From: Chiloscyllium plagiosum
Lineage: Eukaryota
Assembly (NCBI RefSeq): GCF_004010195.1
Contig: NC_057750.1
Location: forward strand, 14,095,265 to 14,159,264
Direction: 5' to 3'
DNA: 64,000 nucleotides
The first letter of the stretch is position 1, and each line of letters starts with the position of its first letter. Shown one piece after another: positions 1-12,435 of the stretch. Below the pieces are notes generated by a model. The model was given only the letters and a program-made list of their open reading frames with translations, was not told the origin of the DNA and did not search any database. The translations under genes and the position numbers were made by a program.

Positions 1-329
1 TAGGTCTCTTTTATATCTTTCCCCTCTCACCCTAAACCTATGCCCTCTAGTTCTGGACTCCCTGACCCCAGGGAAAAGACTTTGTCTTTGCCCCTCATAA
101 TTTTGTAAACCTCTATAAGGTCACCCCTCAGCCTCTGACGCTCCAGGGAACACAGCCCCAGCCTGTTCAGCCTCTCCCTATAGTTCAGATCCTCCAACCC
201 AAGCAACATCCTTGTAAATCTTTTCTGAACCATTTCAAGTTTCACAACATCTCTCCGATAGGAAGGAGACCAGAATTGCACGCAATATTCCAACAGTGGC
301 CTGACCAATGTCCTGTACTGCCGCAACAT
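1..329 (-). mobile_element. CR1 LINE 3' fragment
   Basis: LVRPLLEYCVQFWSP...RLRGDLIEVYKI. Confidence 0.9.
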
Positions 330-720
330 GACATTGGTTAGGCCACTTATAGAGGTTTATAAAATCACGAAGCGCATAGATAAAATGAACAGTGAAGGTC
401 TTTTCCCTTGGATAAGGGAGTTTAAAACCAGGGGGTATATTTTTAAGTTGAGAGGAGAAAGGTTTAAAAGGGACTTGGGGGCCAACTTTTTCACACAGAG
501 GGTGGTTCATATGTGGAATGAGCTAGCAGTGGGCACTGGTATATGCAGGTAAAGTTACAACATTTAAAAGACATTTGGATAGGTACATGACTAGGAAAGG
601 TTTAGAGGGATATGGACCAAATGCAAGCATGTTGGACTAGTTTAGTTTGGGAAACTTGCTTGGCATGGACTATTTGGACCAAAGGGTCTGTTTCTGTGCT
701 CTATGCCTCTATGTCTCTAA
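330..720 (+). mobile_element. CR1 LINE 3' fragment
   Basis: IEVYKI...FFTQRVVHMWNEL followed by the CR1 3' tail. Confidence 0.85.
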
Positions 721-2427
721 GTTATTATTATCACTGGGAACTTGGATTTTAATGTAGAGACATAATAAATGTGTGGTTTTAGTTCTGTGGAAGAGATCAG
801 AAAGCAACTTGGAATTAAAGGTAACATTATGTGACTCAAGTCAAGCAGGATACTGCCAATGTTAATTCATTAAGCATTTACAAAGTTGAACTTCTACGAC
901 ATTTAGAGAAAATATGGCCCTTAGTAGGTTTCTGTTTCAGAATCAAGTTTCAGTTTGGAACAGTTTCACTCTAGGGGAAGGTCTTTAGTTTGTCAAGTCT
1001 CCAAGTTGTGAGAGTGTGTAGTAGTTTATAGGCTGTCAAAACTGATGAGGGTTAGGTCATCAGACTGGAAAGAGTCATTTATTTAAGAAACTAAAGTATT
1101 TATATTGGAGTGACATTTCACCGGAATTGACTGTCTGTAAAGGATATTGTTGGGAAAAATATTGAAATGTTGTTTTGCTATTAAAGTGAAATTGTCACCA
1201 AAACTTACCTCCAAGTTCTTCTGTCTACATTAGTAGTTCTGAATATATTTCCTTAGGCTCCAAGTTGCTGTTTTTCTCTGCAATGGTTGGACAACGATGA
1301 TTGGCATCTCTTCCATCTTGGCATGCCCCTTCAGATGGTGGAGTTCACACAATATCGTCTTGTTTTTTAAAGTATCAGAATATATGTACCAACTGGACTG
1401 CACCCCCCATCCTTCCCACCCCCCGCCATCTCCTGCATACCAAAGGTCCTAACTGTGAAACTTATGGAGATAATAAAACAAACAGTTTCCATAACAGGAG
1501 CAAATCTACAATAAAAAAAATTAAAGAACTGCAGATGCTGGAAGTCAGAAACAAAAATCAGAAATCATTGGCTAAACTCAGCAGGTCTGGTGGCATCTGT
1601 GGAGAGAGGGCAGAGTTAACGATTCGGGTCCAGTGACTCTTCTTCAGAACTAATTGTCGCTAGAAAATGATTGGGAAAGGTCTATGGAATATGAAAATGT
1701 GTAATGCCAATTTATACCCAGCTGGCAAATTGAAAATCTATCTCCAAGTATTTTTTTTCTCTCATTAACCTATCAAATCATTTCTTAAATTACAGTAGGT
1801 CCTTTGACACCTGCCATGATATCATATAGCTCTTGACACAAGATTGAAATGCAAATTTAAGGATGAGGAAATATCCAGCTAGTGGTGAAATTATTTCCGG
1901 CTACCTAATGTTGAGACAGATTGTTTCAGTGTGGATTACTGTAAGTGGTACTGCTCCCTTCATTGCAGAGAAACCAGTAGAGGGCATTGTCGGTAAGTCA
2001 GCTTGCTTAGTGTCAGACGAATCTTACAGCAATTCCTAGTCTACAGAACAATATAATTGACAGCTGCTCACCCCGTTGCCTCAGGAATCTCTTAGCCCAC
2101 CTATCTGACACGTATAACATCTGCTGGGACTCTTGAGGCCTGTTTAAAGGGGAAATGCAACTCTAAATCTATCGTTTCCCTTATGTTAATTCCAATGGTG
2201 CTGAGTTAGAAGGCTGCTACCAGGCTTCCTGAAGGGCTTCATTGAGGAAAAGCACCAGCAAGGGTACGCACAGACCCACAATTGTGTGGCCTGGGCAGCG
2301 GTGGTTGGCAGCACAATCATTCCAAGCCTCTGGCTTCAGTATTGGAAGAGGTAGCACCAACATGAAGCCCGAAACCAAGTGAATCAAATGGTCCTGGAGA
2401 ATAGTAGGCCGAGAAGAGCGATAAACA

Positions 2428-2745
2428 GCAGGCAAAGTGGCTCAGTGGTTAGCACTGCTGCCTCACAGCACCAGGGTACCAGGTTCGATTCCAGCCTCAG
2501 GTGACTGTCTATGTGGAGTTTGCACATTCTCCCCGTGTCTGCGTGGGTTTCCTCCGGGTGCTCCGGTTTCCTCCCACAATCCAAAAGATATGCAGAACAG
2601 GTGAATTGGCCATGCTAAATTGCCCCATAGTGTAGGTCAATTAGTCAGAGGGAAATGAGTCTGGGTGGGTTACTCTTCGGAGGGTTGGTGTAGACTGGTT
2701 GGGCCGAAGGGCCTGTTTCCACACTGTAGGGAATCTAATCTAATC
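2428..2745 (+). mobile_element. HE1-type tRNA-derived SINE
   Basis: A box TGGCTCAGTGG, B box GTTCGATTCC, core ggagtttgcacattctccc, and a (AATCT)n tail. Confidence 0.9.
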
Positions 2746-2968
2746 AAAGTAAGGCTGATTCACCTGAGCAAAGTGCTTGAACATAACTTACAACCCTTTG
2801 TTCATTGCCATTAATACTGAACAAGCTTCACAACTTTATTTTTTTTTCTCGGGAATTTCCGCTCGCTGATGTCCACTTTTCCAATACCATTCTATTTTTT
2901 GTTCCTTTGCAATTTCCAATGAGTCTTTTCAAGAAGAAATAACTCCTTGAAAAAGGCACCATAACATG

Positions 2969-3290
2969 ACGGTGGCACTGTGATTAGCACTGCTGCCTCA
3001 CAGTGTCAGGGACCTGCATTCGATCTTAGCCTCAGGTGACTGCATGTTCTCCATGAGTCTGCGTGGGTTTCCTCCAGATAGTCTGGTTTCCATCCACAGT
3101 CTAAAGATGTTCAAATTGGGTGGATTGGTCATGCTAAATTGCCCCTTGTGTTCAGGGGTATGTATGCTAAGTGTATTAGCCATAGTAAATGCAGAGTTAC
3201 AGGGATAGGGTGGGAGGTTGCTCTTCAGAAGGTCAGTGTTGACTCAGTGCACCAAATGACCTCTTTCCACACTATTGGGATTCAATACTC
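2969..3290 (+). mobile_element. HE1-type SINE, diverged
   Basis: Homologous to 2428-2745. Confidence 0.8.
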
Positions 3291-3789
3291 CTCCAGAGAA
3301 TGTGATATCACATTGCTCCTCATTCTGTACTCCCCATCCTTTTGAAATAGTTTCTCCCAATCTATTTTATTGTTTTCTCTAAATACAGTATCTTGGAAAC
3401 CTGATGATAGCTTTTCCTTCTCAATAATGCTGCTGATTGGTTGATCTTCTGCTGCTCTGATGATCAACAATAGCTGATCCCTTTAACTCAAACAAATCCA
3501 ACCAAGGAGGCTCTTGTGGCATAGAGGTAGTGTCCCTATCTTTGAGCCAGGAGGCCCAGTTTCAAGTCCCACATACTCCAGGGGTGTGTAATTACATCTC
3601 TGAATAAGTTGCTTAGAAAAATAGGTTAAGTATAAATAAATCCAGCCACTCCTTTAACTCAAACAAATCCAGCTATTAATGCAAATTCCTGAGCTTTCTC
3701 ATTGTTAAGACCAATTGTATTATCATTGTTTGCATGGGAATGCAATACTGTGTGAACGTCCTTCCTGGCTTTCTGTAGTCATGACACCT

Positions 3790-4700
3790 ATGCCATGTGT
3801 GAAAGTCACAATAGTCGGTCAGTTTATAACCTGAAAGTCAGAGTACAGACAGCTATGTATTCATTTAATGCATAACTTGGTATCAGAGTGGAACTGAGAT
3901 TGAGTGCTAAAGAGGAAGAGCACGGAAATGTTTAAAGCTGCTAAGAACCCCAAGGAGACACAGTAAAGGAACAATAAGGCAGGCGAGAGCTGAAGCACTG
4001 GGGAGACACAATGGCTGCAAATATTTTTCTCCCTGCACTTGGTGAAAAGGAAGGTGTCCATAAAGCAGAACTGGTGGTCTTTCGTCACACAGTGGAAAGC
4101 AATGGGATTGCAACAGATTTAAATAACAAGCCAAAGCAACATTTTGTTACTCAACTTCTCCAAAGAACAGATGTTACCAGACTACAGAAGATGAATTTAG
4201 AACCTCAATTGGAAACAACATGAATATCAGAGTTAATGATGGAAAAGGAGCTTGTTGGTGCTACAGTAGCAACATTTGCAGGAACCTATGCATTCCAGCT
4301 CCTGAAGGGTGATTTTATCAAAATGGAATTATCTTAGGTATACAATGCCAGTTTGGGTTATAAGGGAAGAGAAACTAGCTCTTAAATAAATTCTAACCAC
4401 GCAAATCAACAGCTACAACATACAGACGGGAGAACAGAGGAACCCGTCCACCATGCAGATAAACAGCTCAAACCTGTCCATTATGTTGTTGGAAAATGGC
4501 CCAGACATTTCAAATGTAACAATGTGGAGAAAAGTAACCAATCTGCACAGAAGGGACAGCAGAAAAAATCAAGGCAAAGTATAAATTGCAAATATTGCAG
4601 AGGTCATTACATAAAATAAAAAAGAACATATTTGCCATAAGGAAATCAGTGCTCTAACTGCACAAACCTAAATGACTATGCACACAATGTTTAACTAGAA
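3790..4700 (+). mobile_element. Highly degraded Gypsy PBS + gag remnant
   Basis: PBS-like TGGTATCAGAGTGG at 3878. CKYCRGH...GNQCSNCTNLNDYAH at ~4587-4690 resembles Gypsy gag double Cys/His knuckles. Confidence 0.55.
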
Positions 4701-4710
4701 AGACAAGACA

Positions 4711-5012
4711 AGATTAGATTCCCTACAGAGTGGAAACAGGCCCTTCGGCCCAACCAGTCCACACTGACCCTCCAAAGAGTAACCCACCCAGACCTATTCC
4801 CCATATTTACCCCTGACTATGGACAATTTAGCATGACCAATTCAATTAATCTGCACATCTTTGGACTGTGGAAGGAAACTGGAGCACCTGGGGGAAACCC
4901 ACGCAGATACAGGGAAAAAGCTCCATACAGACAGTTACTCAAGGTGGGAATCGAACCTGGGTCACTGGCATTGTGAGGCAGCAGTGCTGACCACTGAGCC
5001 ACCGTGCCACCC
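4711..5012 (-). mobile_element. HE1-type SINE
   Basis: Reverse-complement copy with head and tail. Confidence 0.88.
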
Positions 5013-5199
5013 AACAACAAAACTATAAAGCCTACGAGATAATTGCTCCAGAGATATTGCAGGACAAATCATGCATGATTTTCATTTTATTCATTCACAG
5101 GGTTAGGGCATCACTGGCTAGGCCAGCACTCATTATCCATCCCTAATTGCCCAGGGAACAATTGAGAGTCAACCACATTGCTGTGGGTCTGGCATTACA

Positions 5200-5752
5200 T
5201 GTCATTTACATAAATGATTTGGATGTGAGCGTAAGAAGTACAATTAGTAAGTTTGCAGATGACACCAAAATTGGAGGTATCGTGGACAGCGAAGAGGGTT
5301 ACCTCAGATTACAACAGGATGGGCCAGTGGGCTGAGAAGTGGCAGATGGAGTTTAATTCAGATAAATGCGAGGTGCTGCATTTTGGGAAAGCAAATCTTT
5401 GCAGGACTTATATACTTAATGGTAAGGTCCTAGGGAGTGTTGCTGAACAAAGAGACCTTGGAGTGCAGGTTCATAGCTCCTTGAAAGTGGAGTTGCAGAT
5501 AGACAGGATAGTGAAGAAAGCATTTGGTATGCTTTCCTTTATTGGTCAGAGTATTGAGTACAGGAGTTGGGAGGTCATGTTGCGGCTGGTTAGGCCATTG
5601 GTTAGGCCACTGTTGGAATATTGCGTGCAATTCTGGTCTCCTTCCTATCGGAAAGATGTTGTGAAACTTGAAAGATTCAGAAAAGATTTACAAGGATGTT
5701 GCCAGGGTTGGAGGATTTGAGCTATAGGGAGAGGCTGAACAGGCTGCGGTTG
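5200..5752 (+). mobile_element. CR1 LINE RT fragment
   Basis: IYINDLD..ISKFADDTKIGG; WAEKWQMEFNSDKCEVLHFG. Confidence 0.9.
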
Positions 5753-6072
5753 TTCAGTTCATGTAACTGAAAGAAATGGGTGTCAAAGGCAATAGCAGAA
5801 ATCAGAACAGTCAGCTGAGAAGGTTTACAAACAGAAAGAGAGCACACCATTTAAGCTAGCAGACGTTGGAGGTAAAGCTAACAACCCACATGCATGCCAT
5901 GCGTGGAAAGAGACTGCCAAAAGAAGCATTAACTAACAATTTTACCAGTGCTAGAGAACAATTCTGTGCACAGTGGATAAATTGGCTACCTCACAAAGTA
6001 AGTGATAATGCAGGTTTTTTTTTGTTTTTGTATGAAAAGGGATTTATTTGTGTGGCAATGCAATACTGTACA

Positions 6073-6259
6073 GATTCTGGATCAGTGGTGCTGGAGGAGC
6101 ACAGCAGTTCAGGCAGCATCCAACAAGTAGTGAAAAGCCCTTGGCTTTTGCCCGAAATGTCGATTTCGCTGCTCGTTGGATGCTGCCTGAACTACTGTGC
6201 TCTTCCAGCACCACTGATCCAGAATCTGGTTTCCAGCATCTGCAGTCATTGTTTTTACC
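6073..6259. mobile_element. Short Penelope-derived hairpin element
   Basis: Inverted arms and a ~31-nt right tail. Perfect TSD CAATACTGTACA at 6061-6072 and 6260-6271. Confidence 0.8.
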
Positions 6260-7219
6260 CAATACTGTACAAATGTCCATCCTTCATGGTACATACCATG
6301 GGAATGTTCACTGCAGGAAGTCATTTTATAGCCAGTTACAATAACAATAGAGCACAGCCAACTACACGTGAACGCATAACAATGATGTATACATCAGACC
6401 CAGAGCACACAGCATTGGTAATCTTTTTAATCCTGCTGTATACTAGAGAATATGAAGTGCTTCAAACTGCAGTAACAGCAACATCTCTTGCTTCAAATAA
6501 TTGAACTAACAGAATAAAATATGGAAATGTCACAAGAATGCATTACAATTTTGTACATTACAGTTTCTATGTTATCATTTCAAGTTGTAAATAGCTACTC
6601 CAACTATTTAAAGATCTTAGATTTTCTCAAGGAAATACACAACCAAGCAAGACAATAATAATGTCTCTTGCTATCATTTCACTGCATTTATCTATACTGA
6701 AATCAGGTCAGTTCTTTTTAATGAGGAAAGCAGGAACTGGGTTAATTGGGATATATTCATATTTTCCCTGTGCTGGAGGAAGCAGAGGCTACCCACATTG
6801 TCAACAGGGAAGAAACTCACAGACATTGGTCTTTGTCATTTTCTCAGGGGTAGGAGGTCAGAATGAAAGTAGCCTGTCAACCATCAGAGAAATTACACCT
6901 CAATTCAGGTACTCAAGGAGAAGGAAGAAATTAAATAAAAAAGTTTTAGTTTTTTTGTGGAATGGGTGCTGGCAAGCCCAGCATTTGTTGCCTGTTCCTC
7001 CCCTTAAGAGCAGTTAAGAGTCAATCACATTGGTCTGGAGTCCCATTGTAAGCCAGACCAGGTATGTGCTTGGGAATGGCCTTGTGCATGGGAAATCGAG
7101 TTTCACTAACTTGATTGAGTTTTTGGAAGAAGTAACGAAGAGGATTGATGAAGGCAGAGCAGTGGACATGATTATATAGACTTCAGTAAGGTATTTGACA
7201 AGATTGCTCACAGTAGACA

Positions 7220-7535
7220 GGGGTGGCATGGTGGCTCAGTGGTTAGCACTGCTGCCTCACAGCACCAGGGTCCCAGGTTCGATTCTAGCCTCGGGTGACT
7301 GTCTGAGTGGAGTTTGCACATTCACCCAGTGTCTGCGTGGGTTTCCTCCGGGTGCTCCGGTTTCCTCCCACAGTCCAAAGATATGCAGGTTAGGTGAATT
7401 GGCCATGCTAAATTGCCCATAGTGCTAGGCACATCATTCAGAGGGGAATGGGTCTGGGTGGGTTACTCTTTGGAGGGTTGGTGTGGACTGGTTAGGTCAA
7501 AGGGCCTGTTTCCACACTGTAGGGAATCTAATCTA
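7220..7535 (+). mobile_element. HE1-type SINE
   Basis: Full copy. Confidence 0.9.
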
Positions 7536-7555
7536 GACTGGTTAGCAAGCTTAGA

Positions 7556-8517
7556 GTCAAGAGGGTTGTGCTGGAAAAGTACAGCAGGTCAGGCATCATC
7601 CGAGGGGCAGGAGAATCGATGTTCGGGGCATAAGGTCTTCATCAGGAATGAGGCCTGTGGGCCGGGGGGAGGATTGAGAGATAAATGGGACAGTTGGGAT
7701 TGGGGTGAAAGTATCTGGAAATGCAATAGGTAGATGAAGGTGGGGAGAAGGTGATAGGTTGAAGAGGAGGGTGAAGTGGATAGATAGGAAAGATGATGGA
7801 CAGGTCAAGAGGGTGGTGTTGAGTTGTAGGCTTGAGACTGGGATAAGATGGAGGAGGGGAAATGAGGAAACTAGTGAAATTCACATTAATTCCGTGTGGT
7901 TACAGGGACTCAAGGCAGAAGATGAGGCATTCTTTCTCCAGATGGAGGAGGCCCAGGACCTGCATGTGGTCTCCTCTACATTGGGGAGACAGGACACCAA
8001 CTTTCAGATCATTTCAGAGAACATCTCTGGGACACCCACACCCACCAATCCCTCTGCCCTGTGGCTGAACACATCAACTCCCCCTCCCACTCCGCCAAGA
8101 ATGTGCAGGTCATGAGCCTCCTCCATCGCCAAACCCTAACCACCCGACACCTGGAGGAAGAATGCCTTATCTTCCACCTTGAGTCCCTGTAACCACATAG
8201 GATTAATGTGGTTTCCTCATTCCAGTCCCAAGCCTCTAACTCAGCACCACCCTCTTGACCTGTCCATCGTCTTTCCCATCCATCCACTCCACCCTCCTCT
8301 CTGACCTATCACCTTCTCCCCCACCTTCATCTACCTATTGCATTCCCAGCTTATCTTCCACACGAGCCCCACCCCCCTCCCATTTATCTCTCAGACCCCT
8401 AGCCCACATGCCCGATATTTCAATTCTCCTGCTCCTCGGATGCTGCTTGACCTGCTGTGTTTTTCCAGCACCACACTCCCGATTCTGATCTTTAGTATAT
8501 GCAGTCCTCATTTCCTC
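7556..8517. mobile_element. Penelope fold-back composite (inverted 3' ends)
   Basis: Minus arm ~7556-7967 and plus arm ~7968-8517 (GIY-YIG remnant ctctacattggggagacagg). 18-bp TSD CTGGTTAGCAAG(C/G)TTAGA at 7538-7555 and 8518-8535. Inserted in a CR1. Confidence 0.85.
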
Positions 8518-8904
8518 CTGGTTAGCAAGGTTAGATCACACTGGAATACAAGAAGAACTAGCCGTTTGGACATGTAACAAGCTTCAAGGAAGAAGACAGA
8601 GAGTGCTGGTGGAGGGTTGCTTTTCAGACTCAAGGCCTAAGACCAGCAGTGTGCCACAAGGTTTGGTGCTGGGTCCACTGCTTTTCATCCTTTATATAAA
8701 TGATTAGATGTGAACATAGGAGGTGTGGTTAGTAAATTGCAGGTGACACCAAAATTGGAGGTGTTGTGTGTTATGGACCAGGCGAGATCCCCTCAAAATA
8801 TTTCAAGAAAGTAGCCCAGATGAAGAGCTTATGCCCGAAATATCGATTCTCCTGCTCCTCGGATGCTGCCTGACCGGCTGTGCTTTTCCAGCACTACACT
8901 CTCA

Positions 8905-9570
8905 ACATTGTACTCCAGTTGAGGTATAACCAGCATTCTACACCGTACCACCGTAATTTATATACTCTATTAGCCTCGGCTAATAAACGCAGATATCCCA
9001 AATGCTTTCTTAATTACCTGCTCTGTTACCATCAGGGATCGATGGAAATGCAGACCAAGGTTTCTCTGATCTTCAGTATCTTCCTTGTGCAATTCCTTGC
9101 ATAGTTAGACATCCCCACCTGGATTACCTCATACTTTTTTGGGTTGACTTCAATTTTCCACAGCTCTGTTCACCTGTTTATATCTTCCTGCCGTTTAAGG
9201 CTTTCTCTGCACTATTTAGCAACCTATCAATTTTTGTGTCATCTGCAAATTTCTCCATTATACCACTACATTCAAATCCAAATCATTAATGTACACCACA
9301 AATAGCAATGGACCCAGCACCAAATCCTGCAGAATCCCACAGGAAATCCCAATCACAGAATTCTCCTTCAACCATCATGCTCTGCATCCTGCCCCTCAGG
9401 CCAATTTTGAATCCAACATGCCACTTTGCCTTGGATTCCATGGGCTCTTACTTTCTTGACCAGCCTGGCATAAGCGATTTATCAAATGCTATGCTGAACT
9501 CCATGCAGACTATAGCAAATGCATGACCCTCATTAACACTCCTGGTTACTTTCGTAAAACATTCAATCAA
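8905..9570 (-). mobile_element. Degraded CR1 RT fragment
   Basis: Reverse complement of FADDTK (tttgtgtcatctgcaaat) with adjacent RT remnants. Confidence 0.65.
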
Positions 9571-9577
9571 ATTCATT

Positions 9578-9904
9578 TGGGTGGCACAGTGGCTCAGTGG
9601 TTAGCACTGCTGCCTCTCAGTGCCAGGGACCTGGGTTTAATTCCAGCTTTGGGCGACTGTGTGGAGTTTGCACATTCTCCCCGTGTCTGTGCTGGTTTCC
9701 TCTGGGTGATCCAGTTTCCTCCAACAGTCCAAAGATGTGCAGCTCTAACGAATTGGCCATGCTAAATTGCCCATAGTGTTAGGTGCATTAATCAGGGGTA
9801 AATGTAGGGAAATGAGTCTGGGTGGATTATTCTTCAGAGGGTTGTGTCGACTTGTTGAGCAGAAGGCCCTGTTTCTACACTGTAGGGAATTTAATCTCAT
9901 CTAA
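9578..9904 (+). mobile_element. HE1-type SINE
   Basis: Full copy; a further 5'-truncated copy lies at ~10095-10310. Confidence 0.88.
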
Positions 9905-10319
9905 TTTGTCAAACATGACTTTCTGCTATGAAATCCACACCTCTCATCCTGCCCTGTGGATTTATCCACTTTTAAGGCAAATAAATCCATTAGTACCTGC
10001 TCTCTTTATGTTAATTTCTTATAATATTTCACAGTGCATAGTGCACCCCCCTCCGATGCCTATACATGTGCTGTCCATTTCTATCACAAGGTCATGGGTT
10101 TCCTTCGGGTGCTCTGGTTTCCTCCCACAGTCCAAATTAGGTACAGGTCAGGTGGCCATGCTAAATTGCCTGATAGTGTCCAGGGATGTGCAGGTTAGGT
10201 GGGTTATCCATGGGAAATGCAGGGGTAGGGTGGGGTGGTACGCGCTTCAGAGGGTTGGTGTGGCCTGGCTGGGCCAAATGGCCTGTTTCCGCACTGTAGT
10301 GATTCTATGAGTGATGTCC

Positions 10320-10911
10320 CCTAGTGTCATAGGTAGAGTGTCTTTCATGTGAAGCACTAGAAGTCAGCTAGATAGCAGCCAATGAGAGGAAAGCAGGTAA
10401 ACAATAGCACTCTCTCTCTCCCTGAATGCTGGATTTCAATCACGGTTGAAAGCAATCACAACTATAGAATGTCAACCAATCTAAAAAACTAAAGGTTGTG
10501 AAACCAACTTCAACGCCAGCAGTAAGCTCCAGTCCGAGAGCCACAATGTTCGACTATCAATCTTCACAAGCAATCAGAGCCTGATCTGTATTATTTTGTA
10601 AGTATCATCTGTGTGGACCCACCTCTACGATTGCGTGTGTGTGTTTGTGTGTGTGTGTGTGTATGTGTCTGTGTGTGTGTGTGTCTAATATTTCTTCTCA
10701 TGTATAGTGATTAATAAACTCACCCTTCTTGTTAATTCAAGAAAGCTAGGTTAAATATGCTCCTGTTAAAGCATAAGTTCATTAGGGAAGGGAATTTAAC
10801 CTTGTTTTAACCGAGCAAGAGAGATAGGTGAATAAAGAAGTGGAGCCAATCTATCCCTTCAATCTGAAGCCATAATGAATAGGGAACCTTCCCTAGGGTC
10901 TGGTCATAACA
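10320..10911 (+). mobile_element. LTR remnant (3' end ...GGTCATAACA) containing a GT microsatellite
   Basis: AATAAA at ~10713 followed by a U5-like tract ending in CATAACA. Confidence 0.45.
10635..10684. repeat. Imperfect (GT)n microsatellite
   Basis: Seen directly. Confidence 0.95.
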
Positions 10912-11704
10912 TAACAACTGCATTTGGTCATGTATAATTACTAGGACCCTATGGAGCTGGTATTTCAACTTCTTAATTCCAGGTTTAAATTTCCCTGCGG
11001 CCGTGGTGCGATTCAATCACATATCTTTCCATCTATTGTAACAGCAAACTTTGGTAATTAAGGATTGGATTAAGGGGACTTAATTGTCATTTGGATGTAG
11101 GTGATGTTTGGATGTTGACATTTTCCTGTTTATTTAATAATCCTTGGTTTGGATTAAGTGTTTGTTAGATTTTGTTGAGTTGCTAGGGTGGAGTTGGCCA
11201 GAAGGAAAAGTACCCCCTGCTGAAAGCCCTTCTGTATTTGCTGGGAAAGCACTTGTTTCACAGACATATATTTCAATCTGAGTGAATGTGATCCGTTCAT
11301 ATCAATGCTGTCAGAGAAAATATTTAGCCAATTACCTCACTCTCTTTGAAAGGCACACACCATAGGCACGGCCATCTCTGGGCATGGAACTATTAAGGTA
11401 TGTTCTCTCAAACATTTTTACAGTCTGGGTTCCAAAATGATAAACATCAGCCTCCATCTGCACATCATAATTCGATGACCAGAATAGATTCTTGAGTATT
11501 CAAAAAACAATACCGTGCAAAGTGCAACTGCAGCGTAGGTGGTATGACGAGGACATCTGTTGGAACATTTGCTGCACTGCAGAATTCTGCAAAGCAAGGG
11601 CAGTTTGCCGAAAATGTACTTTAATGAGTTGATATTAGCTGTTAAGTATTGCTGACTCAAGTATAGCATTTTTTAAAGGCTAATGTATTGTTTTGCTTTG
11701 TCTC

Positions 11705-12057
11705 TCAAAGGGGTGACCTTATAGAATTATGAGGGGAATAAGGTGAATGGCAGGTGTCTTTTCCCTAAAATGAGGGATTTCAAGACTCAAGGGCATATTT
11801 TTAAGGTGAGAGAAGAAAGATATAAGAAAGACATGAGGGACTTTTTTTTAACACAGAGAGTGGTTTGTGTGTGGAACGAACACCCCGAGGTGGATGCAGG
11901 TACAGTTACAATGTTTAAAAAGCATTTTGATAAGAAATGTTTGGAGGGATATGGGCCAATTGCAGGCAGATGGGACTAGTTTAGTTTGTAATTATGGTTG
12001 GCATGGACTGTTCAGTCTGAAGGGTCTGTTTCTGTGCTGTATGACTCTGTGACTCTA
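11705..12057 (+). mobile_element. CR1 3' end
   Basis: GDLIE..TQRVVCVWNE and a tgactctgtgactcta tail. Confidence 0.8.
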
Positions 12058-12435
12058 GCCTGTAAGAAAATAAAAGTTATATTCCTGTTGTAGTAAAGTA
12101 TTGTTCCCAGAGAGAGCATCTGCAAGTCAGAAAAATATGTGTCATTCTTGAAGGGGAGGCAATACAAAGTTACTAGAATGATCCTGAGACTAAAAGGATT
12201 ACATTGTGCCACAGATTGCATTGACTACATTTGTATTCTCTCAAATATAGAATTTGCAGGACAAACAGAAACAGGAATTACTGGAGAAACTCAGCACGTC
12301 TGGCAGCATCTGTGGAGAGAAAACAGAGTTAATGTTTCGAGTCCTTCTTTAGAACTAGAAGCAGCTCGAAAAAGGTGGTTTTTATGCTGATGACTGGGGA
12401 AGGGGAAAGGAGTGAGTGGATTGGTGGAAACGGGG

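Larger units (their letters stand above)
7075..8765 (+). mobile_element. CR1 RT fragment interrupted by an HE1 SINE and a Penelope composite
   Basis: TNLIEF..EVTKRIDEGRAVD, then VPQGLVLGPLLF after the insertions. Confidence 0.75.

Noticed and set aside
2428..2505. tRNA-like sequences with A and B boxes (here and elsewhere)
   Set aside because: They are SINE heads continuing into SINE core and tail, not tRNA genes.
5866..6504. 212-aa ORF
   Set aside because: It reads through a hairpin insertion and has no recognisable domain, so it is probably a chance ORF.
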